A stretch of 64,000 bases of DNA from Turneriella sp. (GTDB taxonomy: Bacteria; Spirochaetota; Leptospiria; Turneriellales; Turneriellaceae), in NCBI GenBank assembly GCA_965279515.1, contig CBDIID010000003.1, positions 1,504,001 to 1,568,000 on the forward strand. The letters are read 5' to 3'. Both the position numbers and the translations under genes were made by a program. Shown piece by piece: positions 36,233 through 46,388 of this stretch. Position 1 is the stretch's first letter, and each line of letters starts with the position of its first letter. The notes beneath the pieces were generated by a model. That model was not told the origin of the DNA and made no database searches. It worked only from the letters and a program-made list of their open reading frames with translations.

Positions 36233-38335
36233 ATGATTTTTAAGATTTTTAAACCGCTCCTTATTCCGGCCGTATTGCTCTGGGCATCCCTGCCGCTCGC
36301 AGCCGCAGCGACGGAACTCACGGCGCAGCGCTGCAAGACGGGCGCCGGTTTTCGTGACGGCGACGTCCAAAAAGTGCTCTCCGATCTTAAGGATTTTCAA
36401 CCCGTGAGCTCATTCCCCGTCCTGCTCAACAACATCTACAAACCGGCGCGCAACGGCGCTTTACTCGAATACAGTATTGCCTGTACCTTTGAAATGCCCG
36501 CAGCGTTTAAAGGCGATCATTTTCTCTACCTACCGGGCATTGGCGAGAATTTTGATATTTTTCTGAACGGCGAAAAAATCCATGCGGATCTCCACGTCAA
36601 AGACGGAAGAATCGAAACCTACCGCTATGCAAAATTCCTGAATATCGCCCTGCCCGCCGGCGTACTGAAAGCCGGTAACAACACGCTGTTTTTTCACATT
36701 GCGGGTTATGCTCCACTAACCCCGCTGTCGGAAAACTTTCTGCTGGGCCTGCCTTTCCGCAGCGGTTATGTGATTTCCGTAAGCCGTGGCGAAGGTCCCG
36801 GCAGCCTGCTGTTGTTTTTTCTCACGGCATCGTACATCTTCTTTGCTTTTTACCATCTGTTCTTTTACCTGCGCTGGCGCGAGAAGAGCTATAACCTGCA
36901 CTTTGCCGTGTTTTCCCTCGCCATTTCAGGTTATTTTCTGGCCTTTTCGCAGGAAGCCTTTGCCCGCATTGAAAATACGCGCTATCTCGTCATGGCATCC
37001 TATGCATGCCAGATGGTTGCGCTGGCATTTTTTCTTCTTTATGTGCAGCGTTTCTTTTTTGAAAACCGGCGTATGCCCAGGTACATCGGCGTGGCGGTCG
37101 GCGTTGACCTGGTGCTGGCTGCGGCAGTCGTCGCGGGCCGGGACACCTGGTACCAGTCGCTTCTGACATTCTGGTACCTGACCGCGATACCGCAGGTGGT
37201 GATCGTTTTCTGGCTCATCGGCAGGGCTGTGCGCCTGAAGCTGCCCGACGCACGGCTTTTGGCTGCGAGCATCGCCGTAGCCATTCTCATGATTTTTTTC
37301 GACATGCTCGATACGCTGCTGATCTATTCGAACGTGCGTTTAAGCCAGTTCGCCTACTTCACCGTTGTGCTTTCGCTCGTGCTCATCATGGCAAATCGTT
37401 TCATCAATATCCACCATGAGACCGATCGCCTCAACCGCCAGCTCTCGCTCGAACGCAATTCTTTCTCGCGTTTTGTGCCGTCGCAGTTCCTCGAAAATCT
37501 CGGCCGCTCGACCGCTGTGGAGATCCGCCGCGGCGACGCGGCGCAGCGTCATATGGGAATTCTCTTTCTGGATATCCGCAATTTCACTGGCATGGCTGAG
37601 AAACTGTCGCCGACAGAGAGCCTTGTATTTCTCAATGTCTTCATGAAAAGGATGGAGCAGTGTATCAGCCAGAACGGCGGCTTCGTCGACAAATACATCG
37701 GTGACGGCCTTCTGGCGCTCTTTGGTTCGCAGGCCGACAAGATTGGCGACGGCGCGCTGCAGGCCGTGCGCGCGGGCCGGCAGATGTTCGACAGCCTCGA
37801 ATTCTTCGCGCGTTATAATGCACAGCTGGGCGAAATCAAAATCGGCGTCGGTGTGCACTGTGGCCCCCTCGTCATGGGCACGCTCGGCAGTAAACGCCGC
37901 CTCGACACTACCGTGATCGGCGATGCGGTAAATCTTGCCTCGCGCCTGGAAATGCTGACGACGCTCTACGGCGTACCGATGCTGGTTTCTGACGCGGCCT
38001 ATGAAGTGCTGCCAGGGAACGAGAGTATCGATATGCGGCGCATCGATACCGTGCGCGTCAAAGGCCGCAAAGAAGCCGTCACCATCTATGAGGATTTCCA
38101 CCACGACCCGCCGGCCATCGCCGCGAAAAAAAGAGAGGCCACGATCACATACACACAGGCTCTCGACCTATATAAGCAGGAAAATTTCACCGAAGCGGCA
38201 AAGCTCTTTGATTTTATCAACAACGGCAGCCCTTATGATGCGGCAGCTACCGCTATGTCAAAACGCTGCCTGAAGCTCGCACGCACCGGCGCGCCGGCAA
38301 ACTGGGATGGCGTGCTGCCGTTGGGCAAAAAATAA
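36233..38335 (+). CDS. 7TM-DISM-type adenylate/guanylate cyclase
   Basis: Extracellular domain plus 7 TM; LFLDIRNFT, VDKYIGDG, GDAVNLASRLE, VKGR. Confidence 0.92.
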   Translation: MIFKIFKPLLIPAVLLWASLPLAAAATELTAQRCKTGAGFRDGDVQKVLSDLKDFQPVSSFPVLLNNIYKPARNGALLEYSIACTFEMPAAFKGDHFLYLPGIGENFDIFLNGEKIHADLHVKDGRIETYRYAKFLNIALPAGVLKAGNNTLFFHIAGYAPLTPLSENFLLGLPFRSGYVISVSRGEGPGSLLLFFLTASYIFFAFYHLFFYLRWREKSYNLHFAVFSLAISGYFLAFSQEAFARIENTRYLVMASYACQMVALAFFLLYVQRFFFENRRMPRYIGVAVGVDLVLAAAVVAGRDTWYQSLLTFWYLTAIPQVVIVFWLIGRAVRLKLPDARLLAASIAVAILMIFFDMLDTLLIYSNVRLSQFAYFTVVLSLVLIMANRFINIHHETDRLNRQLSLERNSFSRFVPSQFLENLGRSTAVEIRRGDAAQRHMGILFLDIRNFTGMAEKLSPTESLVFLNVFMKRMEQCISQNGGFVDKYIGDGLLALFGSQADKIGDGALQAVRAGRQMFDSLEFFARYNAQLGEIKIGVGVHCGPLVMGTLGSKRRLDTTVIGDAVNLASRLEMLTTLYGVPMLVSDAAYEVLPGNESIDMRRIDTVRVKGRKEAVTIYEDFHHDPPAIAAKKREATITYTQALDLYKQENFTEAAKLFDFINNGSPYDAAATAMSKRCLKLARTGAPANWDGVLPLGKK

Positions 38336-38388
38336 AAATCTTCAGATACGGAAACGCAGCAACCAAGGCCGGGCACAAAATCGGTGGA

Positions 38389-39117
38389 TTATCTTACTAA
38401 GACCACACCGCGGATATCCTCGGTAAGGGAGGTGAGTAACCACTGCAAGGGTACTGCATCCGGATACGTACCGCCGGGTTTCCCCGCTATCCTAAAGCCC
38501 AGACTCAATTTCCCCTGCACCAGATTGTGCATATCTTTGTCTGATTCTTTCGGGTTATCGATACATTCTGCGCGATGATTTCCCGAAGCACCCGAAATAT
38601 CCATGGCACCCGAGGCCTGGTTGAAGAGATAAAAATTCATTTCAATGATGTGGTCGGTACAGTACCGAGCTTCAAAATCCAGCTTGCCTTTTGCCGGAGC
38701 CTCGCGGTATTCCCTGATATTTAACCTCTCGACACGAAGCAGCAGAATATAATCCACGCCAGGAATAGCTGCCGCACTAATTAACGAAGCTGCTTTCGCC
38801 GCACTAACGTTCTCTCCGTGCAAAGCAAGAACCATCGCCGCGTATTTTCCCGGGGGCATCAATCTAACAATGTCGCCTTCGTGAATCGTGGCTTCGTGAT
38901 TCTCTCTAAAGGCGGAATAAAACTTGCGGCTGATCGCGAGATAATCCTCGCGCGGCAGGTCGGGCGACATCACGGTAATGATGCCCAGCCGCTTGTCCCT
39001 GGTAATACCAGGGGTATTTTTTTGGACCGAGGTGATAGTGTTTTCCCGCGAACAGGCGACCAGCATGACAGAAACCATCATTAAAGGAAATATTCTGTTA
39101 CCGGTAATAGTCCGCAT
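38389..39117 (-). CDS. Hypothetical lipoprotein
   Basis: MLVAC lipobox-like; 242-aa ORF. Confidence 0.6.
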   Translation of the reverse strand: MRTITGNRIFPLMMVSVMLVACSRENTITSVQKNTPGITRDKRLGIITVMSPDLPREDYLAISRKFYSAFRENHEATIHEGDIVRLMPPGKYAAMVLALHGENVSAAKAASLISAAAIPGVDYILLLRVERLNIREYREAPAKGKLDFEARYCTDHIIEMNFYLFNQASGAMDISGASGNHRAECIDNPKESDKDMHNLVQGKLSLGFRIAGKPGGTYPDAVPLQWLLTSLTEDIRGVVLVR

Positions 39118-39472
39118 TCTCCGGGATTTTGGGAAATGATCTTCATTGTCAACAATATCTCTATCTTGGAAGCACGAAGAATTCTATCGGGAATGTTCAG
39201 ACACCGCCAAGGTAACACTCTGGTTTGCTGCCAGGAAAAAAATCTCCAGGACCCTGATGAACTTACCTGCCATATCATCCCGTTGCTTTGATCCGATTTC
39301 AGCCATCCGCACAGACTGATCATTAACTATCCTGTGAGACTTGCTTCTACCGTAACGAGGTAAGTTCCGCCTGGTGATCAGCCTGCGGTAAAGGCCGATG
39401 ACCCAACATTACGGAAAGCCGGGATCCATGTGAGACCGCCTCCCAAGCCAATATGGGAAATTTCTTGCCGAT

Positions 39473-39490
39473 ATGGTGCATATACACTAT
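39473..39490. promoter_or_regulatory. Putative MarR-type operator upstream of the thiolase operon
   Basis: ATGGTGCATATACACTAT; 16/18 match to ATTGTGCATATACACAAT at 12498-12515. Confidence 0.6.
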
Positions 39491-39525
39491 ACTATGGCTA
39501 TGGAATTCCATAACGGAGGCATCCC

Positions 39526-40848
39526 ATGAAAGTCGAAAAACAAGTCGTTATCGCGGCCCCGCTCCGCACTCCCTTTGCCCAAATCGGCAAGGCGCTGGCG
39601 AAATACCCGGCGCACCATCTCGGCAAACTCGTCGCCGAGAAAATGATCGAAAAATTCAAAATCAAAAAAGATGATATCGATGCGGTGATCGTCGGCGAAG
39701 GTTTTGCCAACGCACCCAACTCGGCGCGTGTGATTGCAAACCTTATCGGTCTCAGGGATGAAATTCCCGCGCTCACCGTGGCGAACAACTGCGTCTCAGG
39801 CATGGATGCCATCGCCGAAGCAACGCGGCGCATTGTACTGGGTGAAGCATCGGTCGTGCTGGTGCTCGGCGAAGAATCGCAGACGTCGATGCCGATGATC
39901 ATCAAGGGTGCGCGCCTCGACAAAAAAACCGCGACGCTCGACAAACTGAAGGGCCTGCTGCCCGATAAGCTGCCCGATGGCGTGGAACTCAGAGACACGC
40001 TCGAAGACGGTTTGGGCGACGGCGAAAATTCCTATGGCATGCAGGCGACTGCCGAGATTCTCTCGCAGAACTACAACCTCTCGCGCGCCATCAACGACAA
40101 AGTCGCCTTCCAGAGTTTTAAGCGCGCTTACGACGCTTCGGAAAAGGGTCTGTACAAAGACTACATTATTCCGATGAAAGATGAAGACGGTGAGGTGCTC
40201 GACCGCGACGAAGCGGTTGTGCTGCGCAAAGGCCTCGTCGAAAATCCTGAACGCATGGGCCGCGCGATGCTGCTCTTTGATAATCCCCAGTTCAAGTTCG
40301 ACCAGTTCAAGGAAAAATACGGCAAAGACCTGAAAGAGATCCATGGCCCCACCGTTTCGATCTTCAACGCCAGCCCGCGCTCTGACGGTGCAGCCGGCGT
40401 CATTGTCACAACGCCCGAAAAGGCGAAGCAGTTGGGATTAACCCCGGTGATGAAAATCAGCGGTTTTAAAATGAAAGGTGTTCACCCTAACCTTATGGGT
40501 TTGGGTCAGGCCGAGGCAACGCTGGCCCTCCTCACCGAGCTCGGCATGAAGATCGAAGACATGGACTATGTCGAGATCCACGAAGCCTTCGCCGCTACCG
40601 CCATCGGTGCGCTCGAAGAAATCAAAAAACGCTCGGGCGGCTGGGACTGGGAGAAGCAGTTCGACGCGATGAAGATTAACCCGAATGGCGGCTCGATCGC
40701 AACCGGTCACCCCTTCGGCGCAACAGGTGTGCGCCTGGCGCTCAACGCCGCGATGGATTTTGCGAACGACCCCAACGCAAAAAAGATCCTCACCACCGCC
40801 TGTGCGCATGGCGGCGTCGCAGGTGCCATCGTCTTCGAGCGCGCATGA
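39526..40848 (+). CDS. Thiolase (acetyl-CoA C-acyltransferase)
   Basis: NNCVSGM, NASPRSDGAA, EIHEAFA, NPNGGSIATGHPFGATG, CAHGG. Confidence 0.93.
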   Translation: MKVEKQVVIAAPLRTPFAQIGKALAKYPAHHLGKLVAEKMIEKFKIKKDDIDAVIVGEGFANAPNSARVIANLIGLRDEIPALTVANNCVSGMDAIAEATRRIVLGEASVVLVLGEESQTSMPMIIKGARLDKKTATLDKLKGLLPDKLPDGVELRDTLEDGLGDGENSYGMQATAEILSQNYNLSRAINDKVAFQSFKRAYDASEKGLYKDYIIPMKDEDGEVLDRDEAVVLRKGLVENPERMGRAMLLFDNPQFKFDQFKEKYGKDLKEIHGPTVSIFNASPRSDGAAGVIVTTPEKAKQLGLTPVMKISGFKMKGVHPNLMGLGQAEATLALLTELGMKIEDMDYVEIHEAFAATAIGALEEIKKRSGGWDWEKQFDAMKINPNGGSIATGHPFGATGVRLALNAAMDFANDPNAKKILTTACAHGGVAGAIVFERA

Positions 40849-41432
40849 GTATATCGCGCCTGGGGGAACGTACCACAGGGCTTGGAGCCCGAAGGTCCGG
40901 AACGGACAGGATGTCCTCTGCGTTACGGACGGAAGGTTTAGATTGGCTGAATGCCGGCGCGGTCTGCTTCAACTTCAACCTGAGGCGGACCGCGCGCGCC
41001 GTAACGCAGTACTACGACGAGGTCTTAAAACCTTCGGGCATTAAGGTCACACAGTTCACCATCCTCATGGCGATTGCGACGCAAAGCAGCCGGCGCACTG
41101 CCATCCATGGCAGCGCCGGCCTCGAGCCCTCCGTGGCTCAGAGCACGATCACAGAGATCGCCCGCCTCGCGCAGGTCGACCGCACGACGCTCACGCGCAG
41201 CCTCAAGATATTGCAGGGCGATAAGCTGATCGAAGTCAGGAAGGCACAACCCGGAAACAAACGCCGGGTCAATATCACCCCGCTCGGCATCCAAAGAATG
41301 AAAGAGGTTTATCCCTATTGGTTTAAGGCCCAGCGTTCGCTGGCCAAGGCGCTGAGCCCCGTCAAGACCCGCGAACTGCGCCACCTGTTGGGCGATGTCA
41401 AAAATGCTGCGGAGAAACTGCATGCCGTCTGA
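40845..41432 (+). CDS. MarR family regulator with two hairpin-derived peptide inserts
   Basis: CFNFNLRRTARAVTQYYD..L...GIKVTQF; DRTTLTRSL. Confidence 0.85.
   Translation: MSISRLGERTTGLGARRSGTDRMSSALRTEGLDWLNAGAVCFNFNLRRTARAVTQYYDEVLKPSGIKVTQFTILMAIATQSSRRTAIHGSAGLEPSVAQSTITEIARLAQVDRTTLTRSLKILQGDKLIEVRKAQPGNKRRVNITPLGIQRMKEVYPYWFKAQRSLAKALSPVKTRELRHLLGDVKNAAEKLHAV
40895..40930 (+). repeat. GGA-loop nested hairpin element
   Basis: GTCCG-G-AACG-GACAGGATGTC-CTCTG-CGTT-A-CGGAC. Confidence 0.6.
41089..41143 (-). repeat. In-frame GGA-loop double hairpin element
   Basis: Minus strand: CTC-T-GAGCCACGGAGGGCTC-GAG-GCCGGCGC-TGCCATGGATGGCA-GT-GCGCCGGC. Confidence 0.7.
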
Positions 41433-42075
41433 AACATTGTCGCAGGCAGAATACCTGACGCCGACCGAAACCATCGACTCGGACCATCCCGAGGTTATCG
41501 CCTATGCGCTGAAAATAACCGATGGGCTCAAAACCCCGCGCGAAAAGGCTGTCGCTCTCTATTACGCGGTGCGCGATCTTGTCATGTACGACATGAACGT
41601 CGAAGTCTTCACGCGCGAAATCTTTAAGGCCAGCGCATGTTTGCATGCCAAACGCACCTTTTGTATCCCCAAAGCCGTTTTGCTGGCGGCGACGGCACGC
41701 GCCGTGGGCATTCCCGCACGGCTCGGCTTTGCCGATGTCACCAACCACCTCGCCACGCCGAAGATGCTCGAGCAGCTGGGTGGCGATTATTTTGCCTTCC
41801 ACGGTTATACCGATCTCTTCATCGACGGCAAATGGGTGAAAGCCACGCCCGCATTCAATGAGCGGCTGTGCCGGTTTTTCAAAATCAAGCCGCTGGAATT
41901 CGACGGCACAAGCGATTCGGTCTTCCATGAATTTTCGTCGGATGGCAAAAAGCACATGGAGTATCTGCACGACCACGGCACCTTTGCCGACATGCCGTTT
42001 GAGCTGATGATCGCAACCTTCCGCAAGCACTACCCGCAGTGGTTTGAGGAATCAGGGGCCATGGCGCTCTGGTAA
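41422..42075 (+). CDS. Transglutaminase-like protein
   Basis: FCIPKAVLLAA.ARAVGIPARLGFADV.NHL, FHGY, WVKATPAF. Confidence 0.88.
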   Translation: MPSETLSQAEYLTPTETIDSDHPEVIAYALKITDGLKTPREKAVALYYAVRDLVMYDMNVEVFTREIFKASACLHAKRTFCIPKAVLLAATARAVGIPARLGFADVTNHLATPKMLEQLGGDYFAFHGYTDLFIDGKWVKATPAFNERLCRFFKIKPLEFDGTSDSVFHEFSSDGKKHMEYLHDHGTFADMPFELMIATFRKHYPQWFEESGAMALW

Positions 42076-42134
42076 AAATTCGAACCAAATTCCCTCTTTA
42101 AGAGTCTAAGCCCCATGATCCACATGGAGGCTCT

Positions 42135-43685
42135 ATGAAACTTATTAAAACCGGGCTTATCGCATGCGCGATGAGCCTTTTTATTGCAGCACCGGCATCG
42201 GCCGCAAACCTGCAGGATGCCGCAAAGGAAATCTCCGCCTTTTTTGCGAAGAACCCAGGTAAAACGGTCGCTGTTTTGTCTTTCAAACATGCCGAACAAA
42301 AAGCGGAGAAAGAAGTTGCCGCAGTGCAAGACCGCTTCATTGAACAGCTCGTCGCCATCGGCCAGGTGACTGTGATCGAGCGCGACCGCATTCAGCAGCT
42401 GCTGGGCGAACACCAGATCGACCAGTCGGGTGCAACCGACAAAACCCGCATCGGGCAACTGCTGCAGGCGGATTACCTGCTCGTGGGCAGCATCATGGTC
42501 AGGGCAAAAAAAGGCCTCGATATCAGCGCGCGCCTTGTCGATGTCACGACATCGAAAATTGTCGCCACCGCGCGGGCATCTGCGACGCGTTCAGACTTCT
42601 CTGACCCCGTGCTCACAGCGCAGCCGCGCGGAAACTATCTCGGCGAACCGCTGGTGCAGATCGCCATTCTCATCGATACCTCGTCGAGCATGGACGGCCT
42701 CATCGACCAGACACGCACACAGATCTGGAAGATCGTCAACACGCTCGCCAACGGCAACCGCGAAGGTAAAAAACCCAGGATCGAAGTCGCCCTCTATGAA
42801 TACGGCAACAGCAATATTGCCGCGAGCGAGAACTATGTGCGCCAGGTATCTGCCTTTACCAACAGCCTCGACAAGATCTCAGAAAAACTCTTCGAACTCA
42901 AGACCAATGGCGGTGAAGAGTACTGTGGCGCCGCGATTCAGCGCGCGCTCGGCGAGCTGGCATGGAAAAAATACGACGACGTCTACCGTGTCATCTTCAT
43001 CGCCGGCAACGAACCCTTTACACAAGGCCCGGTGGATTTCCGCCCGGTGATGGAAAGTGCCCGCGCCCAGGGCATCTTTGTGAACACGATCTTCGCCGGC
43101 AACCGCCAGGAAGGCATCGCCACCCAGTGGCTCGCCGGAGCACAGCTTGCGCAGGGTGATTTCCATGTCATCAACCAGGACCGCATGGTACAGGTCATGG
43201 CGACGCCTTACGACGATGAAATCCAGCGCCTGGGTCAGGAATATAACTCTACGGTAATCCCCATGGGCCATGCGGGCAAAGAAGAAGAAGACCGCATGCA
43301 CACGCAGGACCAGAAGATTGCTGCGGCAGCGCCCGCCAGCGGCGCAGGTGTCGAGCGAGCTGCGGCCAAGGCTTCTGCACAATACTCCGAAGCGAACAGC
43401 TGGGATCTCACTTCGGTCTTCAGCAAGAAAAAAAGCGTCGCAGCGGTAAAAAAAGCCGAACTGCCGGCCGCGCTCAAGGGGAAATCCGACAAAGAAATCG
43501 AAGTCTATGTTGCTGAAAAAAACGCGAAACGCGAAAAAATTCAGGCACGTATCGACGAGCTCAATCGTAAACGCAATGAGCATATCAGCCGTGAATCGGC
43601 GAAAAGCGCACGCCACGACGATCTCGGCCGCGCCACGCAGGCATCGGTGAAGTCGCAGGGCAAGAAATCGGGCTTTGCCTTCTGA
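42135..43685 (+). CDS. Secreted vWA domain protein with N-terminal CsgG/FlgO-like domain
   Basis: VIERDRIQQLL..IGQLLQADY..GS; MIDAS DTSSSM; GGEEYCG; IAGNEPF. Confidence 0.8.
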   Translation: MKLIKTGLIACAMSLFIAAPASAANLQDAAKEISAFFAKNPGKTVAVLSFKHAEQKAEKEVAAVQDRFIEQLVAIGQVTVIERDRIQQLLGEHQIDQSGATDKTRIGQLLQADYLLVGSIMVRAKKGLDISARLVDVTTSKIVATARASATRSDFSDPVLTAQPRGNYLGEPLVQIAILIDTSSSMDGLIDQTRTQIWKIVNTLANGNREGKKPRIEVALYEYGNSNIAASENYVRQVSAFTNSLDKISEKLFELKTNGGEEYCGAAIQRALGELAWKKYDDVYRVIFIAGNEPFTQGPVDFRPVMESARAQGIFVNTIFAGNRQEGIATQWLAGAQLAQGDFHVINQDRMVQVMATPYDDEIQRLGQEYNSTVIPMGHAGKEEEDRMHTQDQKIAAAAPASGAGVERAAAKASAQYSEANSWDLTSVFSKKKSVAAVKKAELPAALKGKSDKEIEVYVAEKNAKREKIQARIDELNRKRNEHISRESAKSARHDDLGRATQASVKSQGKKSGFAF

Positions 43686-43706
43686 CGACGGGATATAAGG
43701 AGTATT

Positions 43707-45428
43707 ATGAAGATTTGGATTACCGGGGTTCTGCTGATAGCGCAGCTTCCCCTTTTCGCTCTCACCAAGGTTACGGGCAAAGTCGATACCGTGACCGTGT
43801 TTACCGACCGCGCCCTGGTGAAGCGTGTACAGGCCATCGAGTCCGCAGAGAAAACAGGTATTCTGCGCTTCACCGCGCTGCCACAATCTTTAATATCTGA
43901 TTCGGTGCGCGCTGGCGGCAGCGGCGCAACCGTCACCGGGGTGTCGCAGCGCAACGTCGAAAAGATTTACGGCGAAGAATGGGCAGATCACCCGCTCAAG
44001 AAAAAGATGGTCAAACTGGAGGCAGACATCCGCCAGGAAAATGACCAGCTCTCGAATTACCGCGACCAGCTGCGCGTTGTCGATTCGATGATGAAGCTGA
44101 CGACCGCACAATCCGACAAAGAAGCACGCGCCGGCCAGCTCAACGTCGACTCATGGGAAAAAGCGCTCAGCTTTCTCGAAGAGAAGCGCCAGCGCTATCA
44201 CGAGAAGATCCGCAAGGCAGATGAGCGCCTGGAAAAACTCAGGAAAGATCTCAATAAAATCACCGTCGAATTCAACGCAGAGACGCAGGTCGCAAAAACC
44301 GGCGGTACTGAAGTCGAAGTCTCTTATGTAAAGAACAGCGAGACTGCAAAAATCGAACTCGAGTACCTCGTGACCAATGTCTCATGGAATGGTGTCTATG
44401 ACCTGCGCGGTTCTGCCGAAGGCAGTGAGTTTCAACTCGTCTCGCATGCGATCATCCGCCAGTCGACGGGCGAGAACTGGAAAAATACTTCCGTGACGCT
44501 CTCGACCGCACGCCCTTCTACCAGTATTTCCCCTGGCATTCTGCAGCCCTGGCGCGTGGGCACGACAGTTTTTGATTCACGCCCCGGAAAACAGGCCGCG
44601 GGTAAAATCAGCGGCGGCATGAACAATAGGGCAGATGAAGGCGAAACGGCTGGCGACGCAACGGACTCTGTCGACACTTCAGATACGACAACCGTATCGA
44701 TTACGCTGCCAGGGCGGGAAAATATTCTCAGTGATAATTCTGACCACCGCGTCACACTCGGCACTGCCCCGCTCAAGGGCACGCTGACCCATGTCGCGGT
44801 GCCATCGCTTTCGTCTTATGTCTACCTCAAGGCGCGGCTCAAAAACACGAGCGCCGCGCCGGTGATGGGTACGATGAATGCCTTCCTCGACGGCAGCTTT
44901 GTCGGTAATGTGACGCTGAAAAATCCCGCGGCAGTCGGCGAAGAATTCGATGTCTTTCTCGGGCCCGACCAGCGCATGCAGCTCAAGCGCATCCTCAAGC
45001 GCGGCGATGTCGAAAAGAGCGGTCTCTTCGGCGGCAAGGTCGAAGTTGTGAACCAATGGGAAATCGAAGTCACCAACTTCACCAAGAAACCGCGCCAGAT
45101 TTCTGTGTTCGACCAGTTTCCTGTGCCGGCAGACCCCAATGTTGCGACGAAATATATCGGCGCCAGCCGGGCTGAGACCACCAAGGATGCCAATGGCATT
45201 CTGACCTGGAAGCTCGACGTCAAGTCGGGCGAGAAGATCAAATTCGACTTCAGCTATTCACTGACCTTTCCCAAAGAAACCTGGGAGCGCTTCACGCGCG
45301 GCTATGACGACAACAATAACATGAAGGCCGCAAACGAAGAGCAGTATTATGATCAGCTCTCGAACAAACCCGCTGCAGCACCTGCGCCGCGGCAGTATAA
45401 TCTCGAGAAGATGCTACAGAAGCGATAA
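43707..45428 (+). CDS. DUF4140/DUF4139 (MuiA-like) protein
   Basis: VTVFTDRALV.R, Y.V..VSW..VYDLR, QSTGENW....TLSTARP. Confidence 0.85.
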   Translation: MKIWITGVLLIAQLPLFALTKVTGKVDTVTVFTDRALVKRVQAIESAEKTGILRFTALPQSLISDSVRAGGSGATVTGVSQRNVEKIYGEEWADHPLKKKMVKLEADIRQENDQLSNYRDQLRVVDSMMKLTTAQSDKEARAGQLNVDSWEKALSFLEEKRQRYHEKIRKADERLEKLRKDLNKITVEFNAETQVAKTGGTEVEVSYVKNSETAKIELEYLVTNVSWNGVYDLRGSAEGSEFQLVSHAIIRQSTGENWKNTSVTLSTARPSTSISPGILQPWRVGTTVFDSRPGKQAAGKISGGMNNRADEGETAGDATDSVDTSDTTTVSITLPGRENILSDNSDHRVTLGTAPLKGTLTHVAVPSLSSYVYLKARLKNTSAAPVMGTMNAFLDGSFVGNVTLKNPAAVGEEFDVFLGPDQRMQLKRILKRGDVEKSGLFGGKVEVVNQWEIEVTNFTKKPRQISVFDQFPVPADPNVATKYIGASRAETTKDANGILTWKLDVKSGEKIKFDFSYSLTFPKETWERFTRGYDDNNNMKAANEEQYYDQLSNKPAAAPAPRQYNLEKMLQKR

Positions 45429-46388
45429 AATTTCGACATTCTTCAATGCCTCTGTAAAATGCGCGTTGTTCGGCTTGCCGAACAGCGCCTCTTTATAGAG
45501 TTTTACAAAAGGATTCTCTGGCAACCCAAACTTTGCATCCCCCACGCCTTCGGGAACACCGTATGACCTGAGATTCTTGTAGTGCGGACTCGATTGGATT
45601 TTCTGTGTCGTTAAAAAGCCGTTACCGACGGTGATTCTCTCTTTTTTAGTGTGAATCTCGAGTTCGAGGTGGAATACGCCGATGCCCAGACTGGTCTCGA
45701 GCACGCCCGTGGCGCCATCCGCGTGCTCGAGACACAGAACATGCCGCCGCCTGCCTGCAACGGTCTTGTGGCGAACGATATTTCCGAAAAAGAACTGCGC
45801 CAGATCCAGAAGGTGCGTGGTGTCGTGCAGCAGCACACCCTCATCGCCCGTCTTTGCATCGGCATAGAGGCTTTTGCCGCCAGCGGCAAAAAAACCGCGG
45901 TAGGATAGCGCTTTGCCTGAAATTCTCTTTTTCAGCCTGAGATATTTCGGATGGTAGCGCCGCTCATAATTCGGGAGTATGATGCTCTGGCTGTTTTTAA
46001 GCAACAGGCTGAGCTTGCGGCCTTCTGTCGCTGAAAAAACCACGGGTTTCTCCATGACAATGCGCGGAATTTTTGCACGCAGCGCGGCGGCAAGAACAGG
46101 AAAATGCGCGGCCGTACTTGCGGCGATCACGAGGACATCCGGCTTTTGTTTTATCACCGCCTGAAAATCGCTGGTCAGCAATGCGTCGCTGATGCCCAAA
46201 AAACGCGCAGCCCCCGCCGCATTCTCTAACGACAGGTCGCAGAGAGCTGAAATACGCAATCCCCGACGCCGCGTCAGCCAGTAGCGGAGCGCACCCAGGT
46301 GTGTGCAGGGCTTATAACGTAAAGGATCGGCCTCGAGCTTCCAGGCGATGCGGCCGCAACCGACGACGGCAATCTTAGACGCGTTCAC
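45414..46388 (-). CDS. Gfo/Idh/MocA family oxidoreductase
   Basis: IAVVGCGRIA, MEKP, NYERRY, HDTTHLLDL; GTG start 46388 assumed. Confidence 0.85.
   Translation of the reverse strand: MNASKIAVVGCGRIAWKLEADPLRYKPCTHLGALRYWLTRRRGLRISALCDLSLENAAGAARFLGISDALLTSDFQAVIKQKPDVLVIAASTAAHFPVLAAALRAKIPRIVMEKPVVFSATEGRKLSLLLKNSQSIILPNYERRYHPKYLRLKKRISGKALSYRGFFAAGGKSLYADAKTGDEGVLLHDTTHLLDLAQFFFGNIVRHKTVAGRRRHVLCLEHADGATGVLETSLGIGVFHLELEIHTKKERITVGNGFLTTQKIQSSPHYKNLRSYGVPEGVGDAKFGLPENPFVKLYKEALFGKPNNAHFTEALKNVEILSLL

Noticed and set aside
39081..39450. 80-aa ORF or gene remnant upstream of the lipoprotein
   Set aside because: No recognisable motif, RBS or structure; a call cannot be supported.
39799..39810. 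GGCATGGATGCC hairpin matching the GGA-loop family inside the thiolase
   Set aside because: It encodes GMDA of the conserved catalytic C-x-SGM region, with no outer stem or extra residues; likely coincidental.
42879..43886. Long antisense ORFs (335 aa here; also 37340-38104, 29426-30229, 61036-61815)
   Set aside because: They are antisense shadows of well-supported genes in a GC-rich genome and carry no motifs.
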